In this document: positions 51,087-60,654 of the stretch, in pieces
How the letters are laid out: every line of letters begins with the position of its first letter
Position numbering within the stretch: the first letter of the stretch is position 1
Assembly: GCA_049472315.1 (NCBI GenBank)
Contig: JBLIRN010000001.1
Span: 64,001-128,000, forward strand
Length of the DNA: 64,000 nucleotides
DNA from: a bacterium
Lineage (GTDB): Bacteria > SZUA-182 > DTGQ01 > JAFGSM01
Direction: 5' to 3'
The notes under the pieces: model-generated
Database searches by the model: none
Told to the model about the DNA's origin: nothing
Seen by the model: only the letters and a program-made list of their open reading frames with translations
Made by a program: the position numbers and the translations under genes

Positions 51087-52188
51087 AAGGGAAATGATAC
51101 CCGGTGAGGCCCAGGTCATGTTGCATCTGCAGGATTTCGCGCTGAAGATTCCTGTTGATGGGAACCCCTTTATCCTTCCGCTCCTTCCATGCCAGGAATT
51201 CCTTTTCACCCGCCGTATAGATCCTTTCCTGGCCGGGCATCTTCCTGGATGCCCTGATTTCCCGAAGGATATCACCGGCAGTCTTTGCAAAGGAAGTCAC
51301 ATCGGTAAAGTGGGCGATATTGATGGCAATGAAGAAATGCCCGAGGGGACAGGGGACCTTTTTCCCGTCCCGTACCCCCGAGAGCATCCGCAGGAAACTC
51401 CCCCCCTGGAGGGCTGCACAGAGCATCTCCACGACGGTCGCATACCCGTATCCCTTGTATCCGGCGGTCTCCTCGCCAATGCCGCCGAGCGGGGCAAGGG
51501 CGGCCTTTCCTTCCACCAGGTCCTTGAGGATTTGGTGGGTGTCGGTCCTCGTTTTCCCTTCCCGATCCACGACCCATCCCGGAGGGATCTCCTTCTCCGC
51601 CCGGCCGTACAATTCAATTTTTCCCCGCTGGGCAAGGGACGTGGCGCAATCGAGCACAAAGGGGAATTCCTCATCGGTGGGCATTCCAAAGGTCAAGGGA
51701 TTGGTGCCCAGGACATTCTCCACACCAAAGGTGGGCGCGACCGAGGGACGGGCGTTGCTCCCGGTGATGCCGATCATGCCGGCCCGGGCCGCCATGAGAA
51801 CGTAGTAGCCCGCAATGCCGTAGTGGGTGGAATTGCGCACGGCAACCATTCCCATCCCGTATGTTCCGGCCTTCTGTATGGCCAGATCCATGGCCTTCTT
51901 GGAAATGAGGTGCCCCATGCCGTTGTGGCCGTCAACGACAGCGGTTGTCGGGCCCTCCTGTACGATCTCGAACGTTGTGACCGGCGACTGAATCCCTGCC
52001 CTGATCCTGTCATAGTAAATGGTCTTGAGACGGCCCACGCCGTGTGAATCGATACCCCGTTTATCGGCGGTGATCAGTACGTCGGCGCATACCCTGGCAT
52101 CCTCCTCAGGGACTCCAACCCCCTTGAACACATCCACCATGAATCGTTCCATGGTGTCAAAATCGACCCATACCACATGTTCCTCCAT
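51070..52188 (-). CDS. Ldh_2-family (malate/L-lactate/sulfolactate) oxidoreductase
   Basis: GIDSHG, NSTHYG.AGYY, GTNP, GYKGYG. Confidence 0.9.
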   Translation of the reverse strand: MEEHVVWVDFDTMERFMVDVFKGVGVPEEDARVCADVLITADKRGIDSHGVGRLKTIYYDRIRAGIQSPVTTFEIVQEGPTTAVVDGHNGMGHLISKKAMDLAIQKAGTYGMGMVAVRNSTHYGIAGYYVLMAARAGMIGITGSNARPSVAPTFGVENVLGTNPLTFGMPTDEEFPFVLDCATSLAQRGKIELYGRAEKEIPPGWVVDREGKTRTDTHQILKDLVEGKAALAPLGGIGEETAGYKGYGYATVVEMLCAALQGGSFLRMLSGVRDGKKVPCPLGHFFIAINIAHFTDVTSFAKTAGDILREIRASRKMPGQERIYTAGEKEFLAWKERKDKGVPINRNLQREILQMQHDLGLTGYHFPFSEAG

Positions 52189-52202
52189 TGTATGCCCCCT
52201 GT

Positions 52203-52464
52203 AACCAGACTTTGTTAGAGCGAAGCGAAGCGGAGCTACTATAATACACCTTCTTTTGATATTCTGAAAGGCCTGCTTCGCCCCTGATGCCGAAGGGAGT
52301 TCTCTATGTAAAGGTTGGTTGCCGCAGTTGCGGGCCCGTTATGTCACCGCGAGGGGCAACATAGTGCTCCGCCTGGCAAGCTTGGATTGTAAAGTCCCGG
52401 ACCCTTTTGGATGATCGCGAGAGGTGCATAGTGCTCCGCTGCGCTTCGCCTCACAAGTTTGGTT
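52203..52464. repeat. Non-coding element bounded by imperfect about 38-bp inverted repeats (MITE/REP-like)
   Basis: 52203-52242 AACCAGACTTTGTTAGAGCGAAGCGAAGCGGAGCTACTAT versus reverse complement of 52428-52464 AACCAAACTTGTGAGGCGAAGCGCAGCGGAGCACTAT. Confidence 0.65.
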
Positions 52465-52485
52465 GCTCCGCCTAACGAAGCTTGG

Positions 52486-53049
52486 TTACCCATTAAAGAG
52501 ATTCATGGCCGCCTGAGGGCCATCATTGATAATGGCGGTGATCATCAGCTCGGTGGAATGAATGACCGGCTGAAGCGCATCCAATTCGGCGGGCGTCGGA
52601 GAGGAAAGGACGAATCCGGTGGCATCCTCTGTCGACCCCGGATGCCCCGTACCAATCCGGATACGTACGAAATCATCCCTCCCCAGATGATCGATCACCG
52701 ACTGTACACCCTTATGGCCACCGCTGCCCCCCCTCGTCCTGATCTTTACCCCACCGGGGGGCAGGTCCATATCGTCATGAATAACAACAAGGTGTGATGT
52801 GTCGATGTCAAAGGCCGATGCCAGGGATTGCACGGAAAGACCGCTTATGTTCATGAATGTCTGAGGCTTGCTGAGAATAACAGGGATTCGGCCCATTCGA
52901 CCTTCCCCCCACAAGGCCTGATGGCTCTTTTGGGAAAGGGATATTCCCGTTCGTGTCGAAATGAGGTCGACTGCCCAAAATCCTATGTTATGTCTCGAAA
53001 AGCGATACTTCAACCCCGGGTTTCCCAGCCCGGCGATCAGCCAGTGCAC
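52486..53049 (-). CDS. pth: Peptidyl-tRNA hydrolase
   Basis: GLGNPG, RHNIGF, KPQTFMN, HDDMD, GGHKG. Confidence 0.97.
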   Translation of the reverse strand: MHWLIAGLGNPGLKYRFSRHNIGFWAVDLISTRTGISLSQKSHQALWGEGRMGRIPVILSKPQTFMNISGLSVQSLASAFDIDTSHLVVIHDDMDLPPGGVKIRTRGGSGGHKGVQSVIDHLGRDDFVRIRIGTGHPGSTEDATGFVLSSPTPAELDALQPVIHSTELMITAIINDGPQAAMNLFNG

Positions 53050-53059
53050 CGTTGCGACC

Positions 53060-53728
53060 TTATTCCTCTTCGGCGGGTTTAGAGGACTTCTGGGTCAAAA
53101 CTTCCGGTGCCTCCTCTTCCTCTTCCGGCACCTTGGCAACGATCTCTTCCTTGACCTTCAATTTATGGATGATGGTGACGATCACCTTGTCGGGGCTTTC
53201 AAGCGGCTTTACCCCCGGAGGAAATACTATATCCTTGATATGTACGGCGTCTCCCATCTTCAGGGGCGAGACGTCGATCTCTATGCTCTCGGGCAGATCG
53301 TCAGGCAGGCACTCCACGAGGATTTCCCGCGCCACATGGTCCAGGAGACCTCCCTCCTCCTTAACGCCGATTGCCTCATTGATTGTTTCCACGGGAACAT
53401 GGACCTCGAGGACCTTATCCATGGATACCTCGAAAAGATCGACATGAAGGAGACCCCCCTTGGTGGGTTCAAATTGCATCTCCTTGATAACCACGCTGGG
53501 CACGTCTTTCCCCTTCTGCCCTTTGATCTTTACCTTAAAAAGCACATTTTCATGGGCCTCACCGTGCACCAATTTAAGGAACTCATTTGTATTAAACGAG
53601 ATGGCTAAGGGTGTTTCTCGTTTTCCATAGATGATGGCAGGGGTCGATCCCTGCGCCCTCAATCTCCTGGCGGCCCCTTTTCCCCCTGCCTCCCTCTTTT
53701 GTGCATCGAGGGTAAATTGAATTGCCAT
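53060..53728 (-). CDS. rplY: 50S ribosomal protein L25/Ctc
   Basis: GKGAARRLR..G..PAIIYG, HVD, G...GG.L. Confidence 0.95.
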   Translation of the reverse strand: MAIQFTLDAQKREAGGKGAARRLRAQGSTPAIIYGKRETPLAISFNTNEFLKLVHGEAHENVLFKVKIKGQKGKDVPSVVIKEMQFEPTKGGLLHVDLFEVSMDKVLEVHVPVETINEAIGVKEEGGLLDHVAREILVECLPDDLPESIEIDVSPLKMGDAVHIKDIVFPPGVKPLESPDKVIVTIIHKLKVKEEIVAKVPEEEEEAPEVLTQKSSKPAEEE

Positions 53729-53758
53729 CGCTTCCTCCTACCTTTCAGCAATCAACCG

Positions 53759-54694
53759 TTACGTGAAAAGTGAACTGACCGATTCATTGACATTGATGCG
53801 ATGTATGGTTTCGCCGACGGTCTCCGCAACGGAGCGCACCATGATCTTCTCGCATCCCTTTCCGGCCTCGATGAGCGGAATCGTATCGGTCACGATCAAC
53901 TCCTTTATCTCCGAATTTCTAATCCTTTCTATGGCTGCACCGGACAAGACCGGATGGGTGCAGCAGGCACACACAGATTCCGCACCCGCCTCTTTGAGCG
54001 CACGGGCAGCCTTGGTCAAGGTCCCTGCGGTATCAACAATATCGTCGACAATGAACACTTCCTTCCCTTTGACGTCTCCGATGATATTCATCACCTCGGA
54101 CTGATTGGGGGCGTCCCTCCTTTTATCGATAATGGAGAGGGTCGCCTTCAGGCGTTTGGCATAGGCGCGCGCCCGTTCCACCCCTCCCGCATCAGGGGAT
54201 ACAATGACCAGATCCTGACAGTTCAATTGTCGTATGTAATCGATCATTACCGGCGTGCTGAAGAGATTGTCCACGGGGATGTTAAAAAAACCCTGGATCT
54301 GCCCTGCGTGGAGGTCCATGGTGAGGAGCCGGTCGGCACCTGCGGTGGTGATCAAGTCCGCGACCAGCTTCGCGGAAATGGGAACCCTCGGCTGCACCTT
54401 TCTGTCTTGCCGCGCATAGCCATAATAGGGCACCACCGCGGTTATCCTGGCGGCCGAAGAGCGTTTGAGGGCATCAATGATGATGAGGAGTTCCATGAGA
54501 TTGTGGTTGACCGGCGGGCAGGTAGACTGAACCACGAAGACATCCGCACCACGGACATTGTCGTGTATCTGGACAAAGATTTCGCCATCGCTGAAATCCT
54601 TTACCTCGCAGTCCACCAGGTCAACCCTGAGATATTTTGCGATTCCCTGGGCCAGTTGCCGATTCGAATTACCGGAAATTACCTTCAGTTCCAT
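53759..54694 (-). CDS. prs: Ribose-phosphate pyrophosphokinase
   Basis: FSDGEI, YARQDRK, DLHAGQIQGFF, VDDIVDTAGT. Confidence 0.97.
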   Translation of the reverse strand: MELKVISGNSNRQLAQGIAKYLRVDLVDCEVKDFSDGEIFVQIHDNVRGADVFVVQSTCPPVNHNLMELLIIIDALKRSSAARITAVVPYYGYARQDRKVQPRVPISAKLVADLITTAGADRLLTMDLHAGQIQGFFNIPVDNLFSTPVMIDYIRQLNCQDLVIVSPDAGGVERARAYAKRLKATLSIIDKRRDAPNQSEVMNIIGDVKGKEVFIVDDIVDTAGTLTKAARALKEAGAESVCACCTHPVLSGAAIERIRNSEIKELIVTDTIPLIEAGKGCEKIMVRSVAETVGETIHRINVNESVSSLFT

Positions 54695-54836
54695 TTTATT
54701 CCTTCTGTGGATTGTGAATATCAGTTAGAAGATGAACTACTCGATGAATTTGAAATCATACATCCACGTACCCGCCGTCTTTGCAAAGGGGAGCATTCTC
54801 ACACAACTACCGCGCGGCAATTTCATCGGCCTACAT

Positions 54837-54911
54837 TGGCTGGGGCGGGAGGATTCGAACCTCCGAATGCAGGAGCCAAAGTCCTGTGACTTACCGCTTG
54901 TCGACGCCCCA
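54837..54911 (-). tRNA. tRNA-Gln (TTG)
   Basis: 75-nt cloverleaf TGGGGCG...CAGGA-CTTTGGC-TCCTG...GGTTCGAATCC...CGCCCCAGCCA. Confidence 0.97.
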
Positions 54912-54917
54912 GTGCCT

Positions 54918-55178
54918 TTAGGACGTTTCGGCACCGTCCAGATATTTTTCTATTACCCTTTGCTCCAGGGTCTCCCTCATTTCTTGATTGAGCGGGTGGG
55001 CGATATCTCGATAGGTGCCATTTTTTCCCTTTTTATTCGGCATCGCTACAAAAAGTCCGTTGTTTCCCGATATGATCTTCAGGTCCCTCACAATAAAGAC
55101 ATTATCAAAGATAACCGTAGCATACCCTTTCAATCGTTCGCCATCAACCTTAAAAATACTGACGTCTGTAATTTCCAT
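54918..55178 (-). CDS. spoVG: SpoVG-family nucleic-acid-binding protein
   Basis: MEITDV, GLFVAMP, DIAHP. Confidence 0.92.
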   Translation of the reverse strand: MEITDVSIFKVDGERLKGYATVIFDNVFIVRDLKIISGNNGLFVAMPNKKGKNGTYRDIAHPLNQEMRETLEQRVIEKYLDGAETS

Positions 55179-55305
55179 GGTGCCTCACCATTCTTTCGTA
55201 ATCCCTCCACAGGCATGGTGCAAAGGGGAAAAAAGTTGAAGGTTAAACGGCTCACTCTTGAATAAGCCCTCCTTAATCCCCCCCAATATATTGTCATAAA
55301 AGGGC

Positions 55306-56166
55306 TTACTTAAGAATAGTGCGACATAAGAACACCTCCCGATCCTCCCTCCCATTTTTTTTTATTGATTGGTACGCGCACTGCGCTTCAGTATTATCGA
55401 GGAAAAGCCCAAAAACCGATGACCCGCTTCCAGACATCAAGGCCCCGCATGCGCCCAAGGTTAGCAGGCATCTCTTGATCTCGGCAAGCACAGGGAATCG
55501 TTCAAAACATATTGATTCCAAATCATTAAATAGTGATTTCCCTATCCTCCGAGCATCTCCGCGTGCAATTGCGGACTTTAATATTTTAATTTTATTCCCT
55601 GTTTTTGTCAATCTTAAATCATATTCCTGATAAACCCACCCCGTGGCGATGGAAAAATCCGGCTTTACAATGACCACCCAGAAGGGGGGCAAGGGGGGGG
55701 CGATCTCGAGGATATCCCCGATTCCGCGACCGAATGCGGTTGGCCCATTCAGAAAAAAGGGGACATCCGCCCCGAGCGAAGAGGCCAGTTCGGCCAGGGC
55801 CTGAGTCGACAGGGGAATGTTATACAGGTCAACGAGTCCCCTTAGGGTGGCAGCGGCGTCACTGCTCCCCCCTCCCAGTCCCGCACCCACCGGGATCCTT
55901 TTGACCAAGCGAACGGCAACCCCCTTGTGACAGGAGGCAGTGTCCAGAAGCCTGGTTGCCGCCTTATATATGAGATTCCCCTCCCCCCCCTCGAGAGCGA
56001 TCCCTTCTATGCTGAGCGATACCCCTGATTCAGCCGGCGAAAGGTACAACTCATCACAAAGATCGACCGCCTGGAAAAGGGTTTCGATCGTGTGATAGCC
56101 GTCCCCACGCTGCCCCACGACATGGAGCCCAAGGTTGATTTTGGCAGGTGCCTTGATGAAGATCAT
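55306..56166 (-). CDS. ispE: 4-diphosphocytidyl-2C-methyl-D-erythritol kinase
   Basis: APAKINL, GAGLGGGSSDAA, GADVPFF, MSGSGS. Confidence 0.96.
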   Translation of the reverse strand: MIFIKAPAKINLGLHVVGQRGDGYHTIETLFQAVDLCDELYLSPAESGVSLSIEGIALEGGEGNLIYKAATRLLDTASCHKGVAVRLVKRIPVGAGLGGGSSDAAATLRGLVDLYNIPLSTQALAELASSLGADVPFFLNGPTAFGRGIGDILEIAPPLPPFWVVIVKPDFSIATGWVYQEYDLRLTKTGNKIKILKSAIARGDARRIGKSLFNDLESICFERFPVLAEIKRCLLTLGACGALMSGSGSSVFGLFLDNTEAQCAYQSIKKNGREDREVFLCRTILK

Positions 56167-56996
56167 CCCGCATCACCCAATCCCTTTGAACAATCATTAT
56201 CCAGATGAACGACCTCCCCTTCGAACCAGGATGCATCAGGCAGAAGCATCTCCTCGTCATACGGGGCATTCACCTTCACCTCCTGCAGGTGTATGTTCCC
56301 TTCATCCCCTTCGGGCCAATGGAAATGCACGGCATCGGGAAATGCATAGCCGTCATGCCTCCCCCATTCACCATACACAATGCGCATATTCTCGCGCATT
56401 CCCGCCGGGTGCCAGTTGATTTCCTCAATGACAGGGGTGGCACGAATGGCCACCCGTGCCGTGCAGGGGCCTTCCTCCCCTACGCAGGAGAAGCAATGGA
56501 TGCCTGTCGCGGAAACCGAATGGGAACAAGCGGCAAGGTCCTCGGGCAGGTTCGCTGCCAGCGCATCGAAAAGGCAGGAGGAATCGAGGTGCAGCCCGGT
56601 GAATTGCCGTACGTGCCCGGGGGTATTGCTCCCCCAATAGAGCCTCCCTTGGTGGGGAAGATAGAGATAGATACGATCATGATCAAAGATGAGCGAAAAG
56701 AGAGGGGACCGCCATGGGCCCAGCCCATCCATTCTTCCTCTGCCATTGCCGGTAAGGAGGATGAACGCATCAAACCCGCTCCTTTCCCCTCCGGTGGCCA
56801 CGCATATCCTCGCCCGTGCCTTGAAATGTCGTATGTCGGCCCTCCGTGCAGATGCCCACTGGGCAATCCGGGTTGACGTCCAGGAGGGATGATCGATCCC
56901 GACCGGCACTGAAACGGGTAAGGATGCCTTGCATCCGATGAGAAGGCCGGCGACAATGACGATCAGTGCAGCCTTATACCTGTATGGAATAGGCAT
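56163..56996 (-). CDS. LolB-like / DUF4292-like lipoprotein
   Basis: Lipobox LIG-C; position between TPR gene and ispE. Confidence 0.6.
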   Translation of the reverse strand: MPIPYRYKAALIVIVAGLLIGCKASLPVSVPVGIDHPSWTSTRIAQWASARRADIRHFKARARICVATGGERSGFDAFILLTGNGRGRMDGLGPWRSPLFSLIFDHDRIYLYLPHQGRLYWGSNTPGHVRQFTGLHLDSSCLFDALAANLPEDLAACSHSVSATGIHCFSCVGEEGPCTARVAIRATPVIEEINWHPAGMRENMRIVYGEWGRHDGYAFPDAVHFHWPEGDEGNIHLQEVKVNAPYDEEMLLPDASWFEGEVVHLDNDCSKGLGDAG

Positions 56997-57008
56997 GGCA
57001 GGGATGGT

Positions 57009-58778
57009 CTATTGGGGAATGTTCTGAAGCTTTTTCAGAAGGGTCTCCTTGCCTGGATCAAGTTCCAGTGCCCTTTGCCACATTTGTCGGGCCTTTCCCC
57101 ATTCCTTCTTATGTGCGTAGACATCGCCCAGGTGATCATAAATGACCGGATCGTCGCTGATCAGCGATGCAGCCTGGCTGAGATACTCAAGCGCTACGTC
57201 GATCTCACCCTTTCTGAAAAAGGCCCAGCCAAGACTGTCAAGGTATGCGCCGTTGTTCGGATCCAACTCCAGGGCCTTTTTGATTTTAATGACTGCCTCA
57301 TCGAGGTGGATGTTTCTTTCGGCATACAAATAGCCGATGTAGTTGTAGGCATCGGCGTAAAAGGGATTCAAAGCCAGGGCCCTTTGGAAGGAGCCTATCG
57401 ACTCGTCGAAACGATCCGCCTTCTCATAGACGACGCCCAGATAAAAGTGCAGTTCGTCATTATTGGGGTCCATTGCAATGCCTGCTGAGAGCTCGTCGAT
57501 TGCACGTGAGTATTGTCCTGTCTGGTTGTAGGCCAGGGCAAGATAGATACGAAAATCAACGATTTCAGGCTGAATCTCTTTCGCCTCGTTCAATTCGGCA
57601 ATGGCCTCCTCCATCCTGTTGAGACGCTGATAGATGTATGCAAGGTGTATACGGCTCCTGGTATCCTTCGGATTCGACTCCTTAAGGTGATTGAATATGG
57701 AAATCGCCTTCTCATCCGCATGCATCTCCTCGTAAGCGGTGCCCAGATAGAATTTTATCTCGTCGCTGCCGGGATTCTGTTCGAGGTACCGAACGAACTG
57801 TTCGGCTGCATCTTCGTATCGTTCCCGTTCAAACAAAACGATCCCGATCTTGAGGGCGACGCTGGCGTTGTTGGGGTCCTGTTCCTGGATCTTCCGGTAT
57901 TCCTCCAATGCCCCGTCAAGATCATTCTTGAGAATATATATCTTGGCGAGTTGTTCGTTGTAGTAAAGATCGTAGGGTGTCATCTCGATCAGATGGTCGA
58001 GCAGGTCTATCGCCTCCTGATATGCACCGCTCTTTATATAGACCGTGACCATGGATTCCAGGGCGGGCTTAAATCCCGGCCTGATCTCGACGGCCTCCTT
58101 CAAATACCCGAGTGCGGTATCCCAATCCTCCATCTCCATATAGGTGAGGGCAAGGTGATACCGGGTCAGGTAGGAATCGGGATTCTTCTCGAGTATCTGT
58201 TCATAGATGCGGGTGGCCTCCTCAGGATTGTCCGTGTCGAGATATAACCTTCCCAACATGGTAAGGGCCTTCAAATTCTCCGGATCCTTGGTGATAATCT
58301 CCATGAATATGGCCTTTGCATCGGAGAATTTTCTCATCTGGATGTAGAGTTGGCCCAGGAAAAGGCGCAGGGTGAGATCGTCGGGGGAGAGAAGGAGCGC
58401 CTCTTCGAGGTGCAATGCCGCCTCCTCCAAAAGCCCATACTTCGTCAGAATGCGGGCGAGTCTGGAGCGGAGATATGCGGAGGTAGGGTCGTATTCAACC
58501 GCCTTCCGGTATGCCTCCAATGCCATCTCATCCCTGTCGGTTCGGAGGGCGATTTCAGCAACCAAAAAATGGTAGTATGCATCGGCACTCTGTTTGAACA
58601 TATCATCCGAGGCTGCCTCCCCGGTCTCCTCGGCGTCTCCTCCAAAAATGGCCTCCGCTGCCTGGTTCCCTGCCATCGGCGGTAATGCCCTTGGAGAAAA
58701 AAGGAGGCACCCCATAAGGATCAGTCCGAGAAGCAGGATGGCTGAACGCAGGTAAACGGTTTTCTTCAAAAAGCTCAT
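57009..58778 (-). CDS. Exported tetratricopeptide-repeat protein
   Basis: Multiple TPRs, NYIGY.YAE, YLDSLGW..F. Confidence 0.9.
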   Translation of the reverse strand: MSFLKKTVYLRSAILLLGLILMGCLLFSPRALPPMAGNQAAEAIFGGDAEETGEAASDDMFKQSADAYYHFLVAEIALRTDRDEMALEAYRKAVEYDPTSAYLRSRLARILTKYGLLEEAALHLEEALLLSPDDLTLRLFLGQLYIQMRKFSDAKAIFMEIITKDPENLKALTMLGRLYLDTDNPEEATRIYEQILEKNPDSYLTRYHLALTYMEMEDWDTALGYLKEAVEIRPGFKPALESMVTVYIKSGAYQEAIDLLDHLIEMTPYDLYYNEQLAKIYILKNDLDGALEEYRKIQEQDPNNASVALKIGIVLFERERYEDAAEQFVRYLEQNPGSDEIKFYLGTAYEEMHADEKAISIFNHLKESNPKDTRSRIHLAYIYQRLNRMEEAIAELNEAKEIQPEIVDFRIYLALAYNQTGQYSRAIDELSAGIAMDPNNDELHFYLGVVYEKADRFDESIGSFQRALALNPFYADAYNYIGYLYAERNIHLDEAVIKIKKALELDPNNGAYLDSLGWAFFRKGEIDVALEYLSQAASLISDDPVIYDHLGDVYAHKKEWGKARQMWQRALELDPGKETLLKKLQNIPQ

Positions 58779-58950
58779 GATCTCCTTTCACACGCGAATC
58801 CATAATCGCGTATCTCCGAGGGCTTCATGCACCGTGCGATGATCCCCCGGCGCTTCCTGATTGCTATGAAATTTCCGTGCTGCTCACTTGAGCATACATC
58901 TCTTTGTATTCAAGAAGTATACCATAATGCAGTGTTTATATAAAATTCTT

Positions 58951-60588
58951 TCATGGCATCCATAACGCCCAGGGAGGGATATCCTGCTCATGTATCTCCC
59001 GAAAGAGGTAAAAGTCAGGGCTCAGGTTGACCGAACGAAAGGCCCTGTGCCAGTTTCCGTGTTCCTGATGCGCCTGCAGCAGAATCTCCCCCACCCTTCG
59101 ATCCCCTCTCGATAAAAGGGCCTGGATATACGACCACTTCGGAACGTCGTGGGTACAGGTGATTCCCCGGAGCAACCGGGTCTCCCTGACAATGTACCCG
59201 ATCTTTCCAGCAAGATGCTCAGTTGATTCCATTGGATGAAACTGGAAACGGGTAAGGGGCTTGGGAACGAAGCTGCTCACGCTCAGGGCTATCTGCCGGA
59301 AGCCCCTTTTCCCTTTACCTGCCTGGACTGCGCAGTGCCTGATTCGCTTCACCAGCCGGATAATCGCCTCGACATCCTGGGGGGTCTCCCCCGGAAGTCC
59401 CACCATAAAATAGAGTTTAAGAAGGGGAATCCCCCGATGGACGAGCCTCTCCACCCCATCCATAATTCTATCATCGGTCATGTCCGCCTTGCCGATTGAT
59501 GCCCGAAGCTGCTCACTGCCCGTCTCCGGTGCAAGGGTAACGGTCTTTACATCGCTCTGCACCAATACATCGAGCAACCCATCCGTGAGATGGTCGGCCC
59601 GAAGCGAGCAAAGGGAGACCTTCCCCCCGAGGGCGCGTATCCCCTGACACAACTCCTCCAGATATGCATAATCGGTGAGCGATGCTCCGACAAGGCCGAT
59701 CCTTTCCCTCCGGGTCAGCCCTTTCTTCACCATAGGGAAAAGGGAGTCCACCCCCCTCTGACGAAACGGCTTGTATATCCTGCTCAGAAGACAGAAATTA
59801 CAGCCCCTCGGGCATCCCCTTGAAACCTCCACAAGGTACATCCCTGAAAATTCAGAGTGACGGTTGAAAATTGCCGTGGATGTCTCGAACCGGTCGAGGT
59901 TCTCCGTAATCCTGGCATGGATTCGATCCGGGGCATCCCGAAGCACACGTATGCCGCTGATGCGGCCTTTGCCGTCATACCGGTAATCGTAAAGGCTCGG
60001 GATGTACATCCCTTCGATCCTTCGAAGTCCGAGGAGTAGGTCCTCCTTCCCCCCGCCGGACTCCACCCAATCCCGGTATGCATCCAGGAATTCCTGCCCG
60101 AGCAGTTCCCCCTCCCCGCACAAAAAACAGTCGATAAACGATGCCATGGGCTCCACATTGAAAAAGGTGCATGCGCCTCCCATGACAACGAGCGGGTGCG
60201 TCTCATTCCGGTCCGATGAACGAAGGGGGATGCCCGACATCTCCAATATCCCCAGACAACCCAGATAGTCGTTTTCAAACGAACAGGAAAAGGCGAGGAT
60301 ATCGAAATCCCTTACCGGGGTCTGGGATTCCAGGGTTACCAGAGGTTTGGTGGAGTCACTGCGCATCCGGGGCACCTCGGGAGAAGATACGAAAACCCTT
60401 TCGCACAGGGTATCGGGGCGGGCATTAAAGAGGCAATACATGGCATGCAGACCGAGGTTTGACATGCCTACATAGTAGGTATTGGGATATGCAAGCGCGA
60501 TCCTGATCCTCCCTCCGGGGTCCTTTCGGATGTACCCCTCCTCCTGTGCCAGAATCGCATGGTACGCCTCTCGCAATTTTCTGTGCAT
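58951..60588 (-). CDS. B12-binding-like radical SAM protein
   Basis: YPNTY.VGMSNLG, RGCPRGCNFC, LAPE.GS, YFMVGLP.E. Confidence 0.9.
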   Translation of the reverse strand: MHRKLREAYHAILAQEEGYIRKDPGGRIRIALAYPNTYYVGMSNLGLHAMYCLFNARPDTLCERVFVSSPEVPRMRSDSTKPLVTLESQTPVRDFDILAFSCSFENDYLGCLGILEMSGIPLRSSDRNETHPLVVMGGACTFFNVEPMASFIDCFLCGEGELLGQEFLDAYRDWVESGGGKEDLLLGLRRIEGMYIPSLYDYRYDGKGRISGIRVLRDAPDRIHARITENLDRFETSTAIFNRHSEFSGMYLVEVSRGCPRGCNFCLLSRIYKPFRQRGVDSLFPMVKKGLTRRERIGLVGASLTDYAYLEELCQGIRALGGKVSLCSLRADHLTDGLLDVLVQSDVKTVTLAPETGSEQLRASIGKADMTDDRIMDGVERLVHRGIPLLKLYFMVGLPGETPQDVEAIIRLVKRIRHCAVQAGKGKRGFRQIALSVSSFVPKPLTRFQFHPMESTEHLAGKIGYIVRETRLLRGITCTHDVPKWSYIQALLSRGDRRVGEILLQAHQEHGNWHRAFRSVNLSPDFYLFREIHEQDIPPWALWMP

Positions 60589-60654
60589 ACTTATATGTTG
60601 TATCGTGGATTTGGGGTAATATCAAGCTGAGGGCGAGCGCTTCTTACGTGCACG

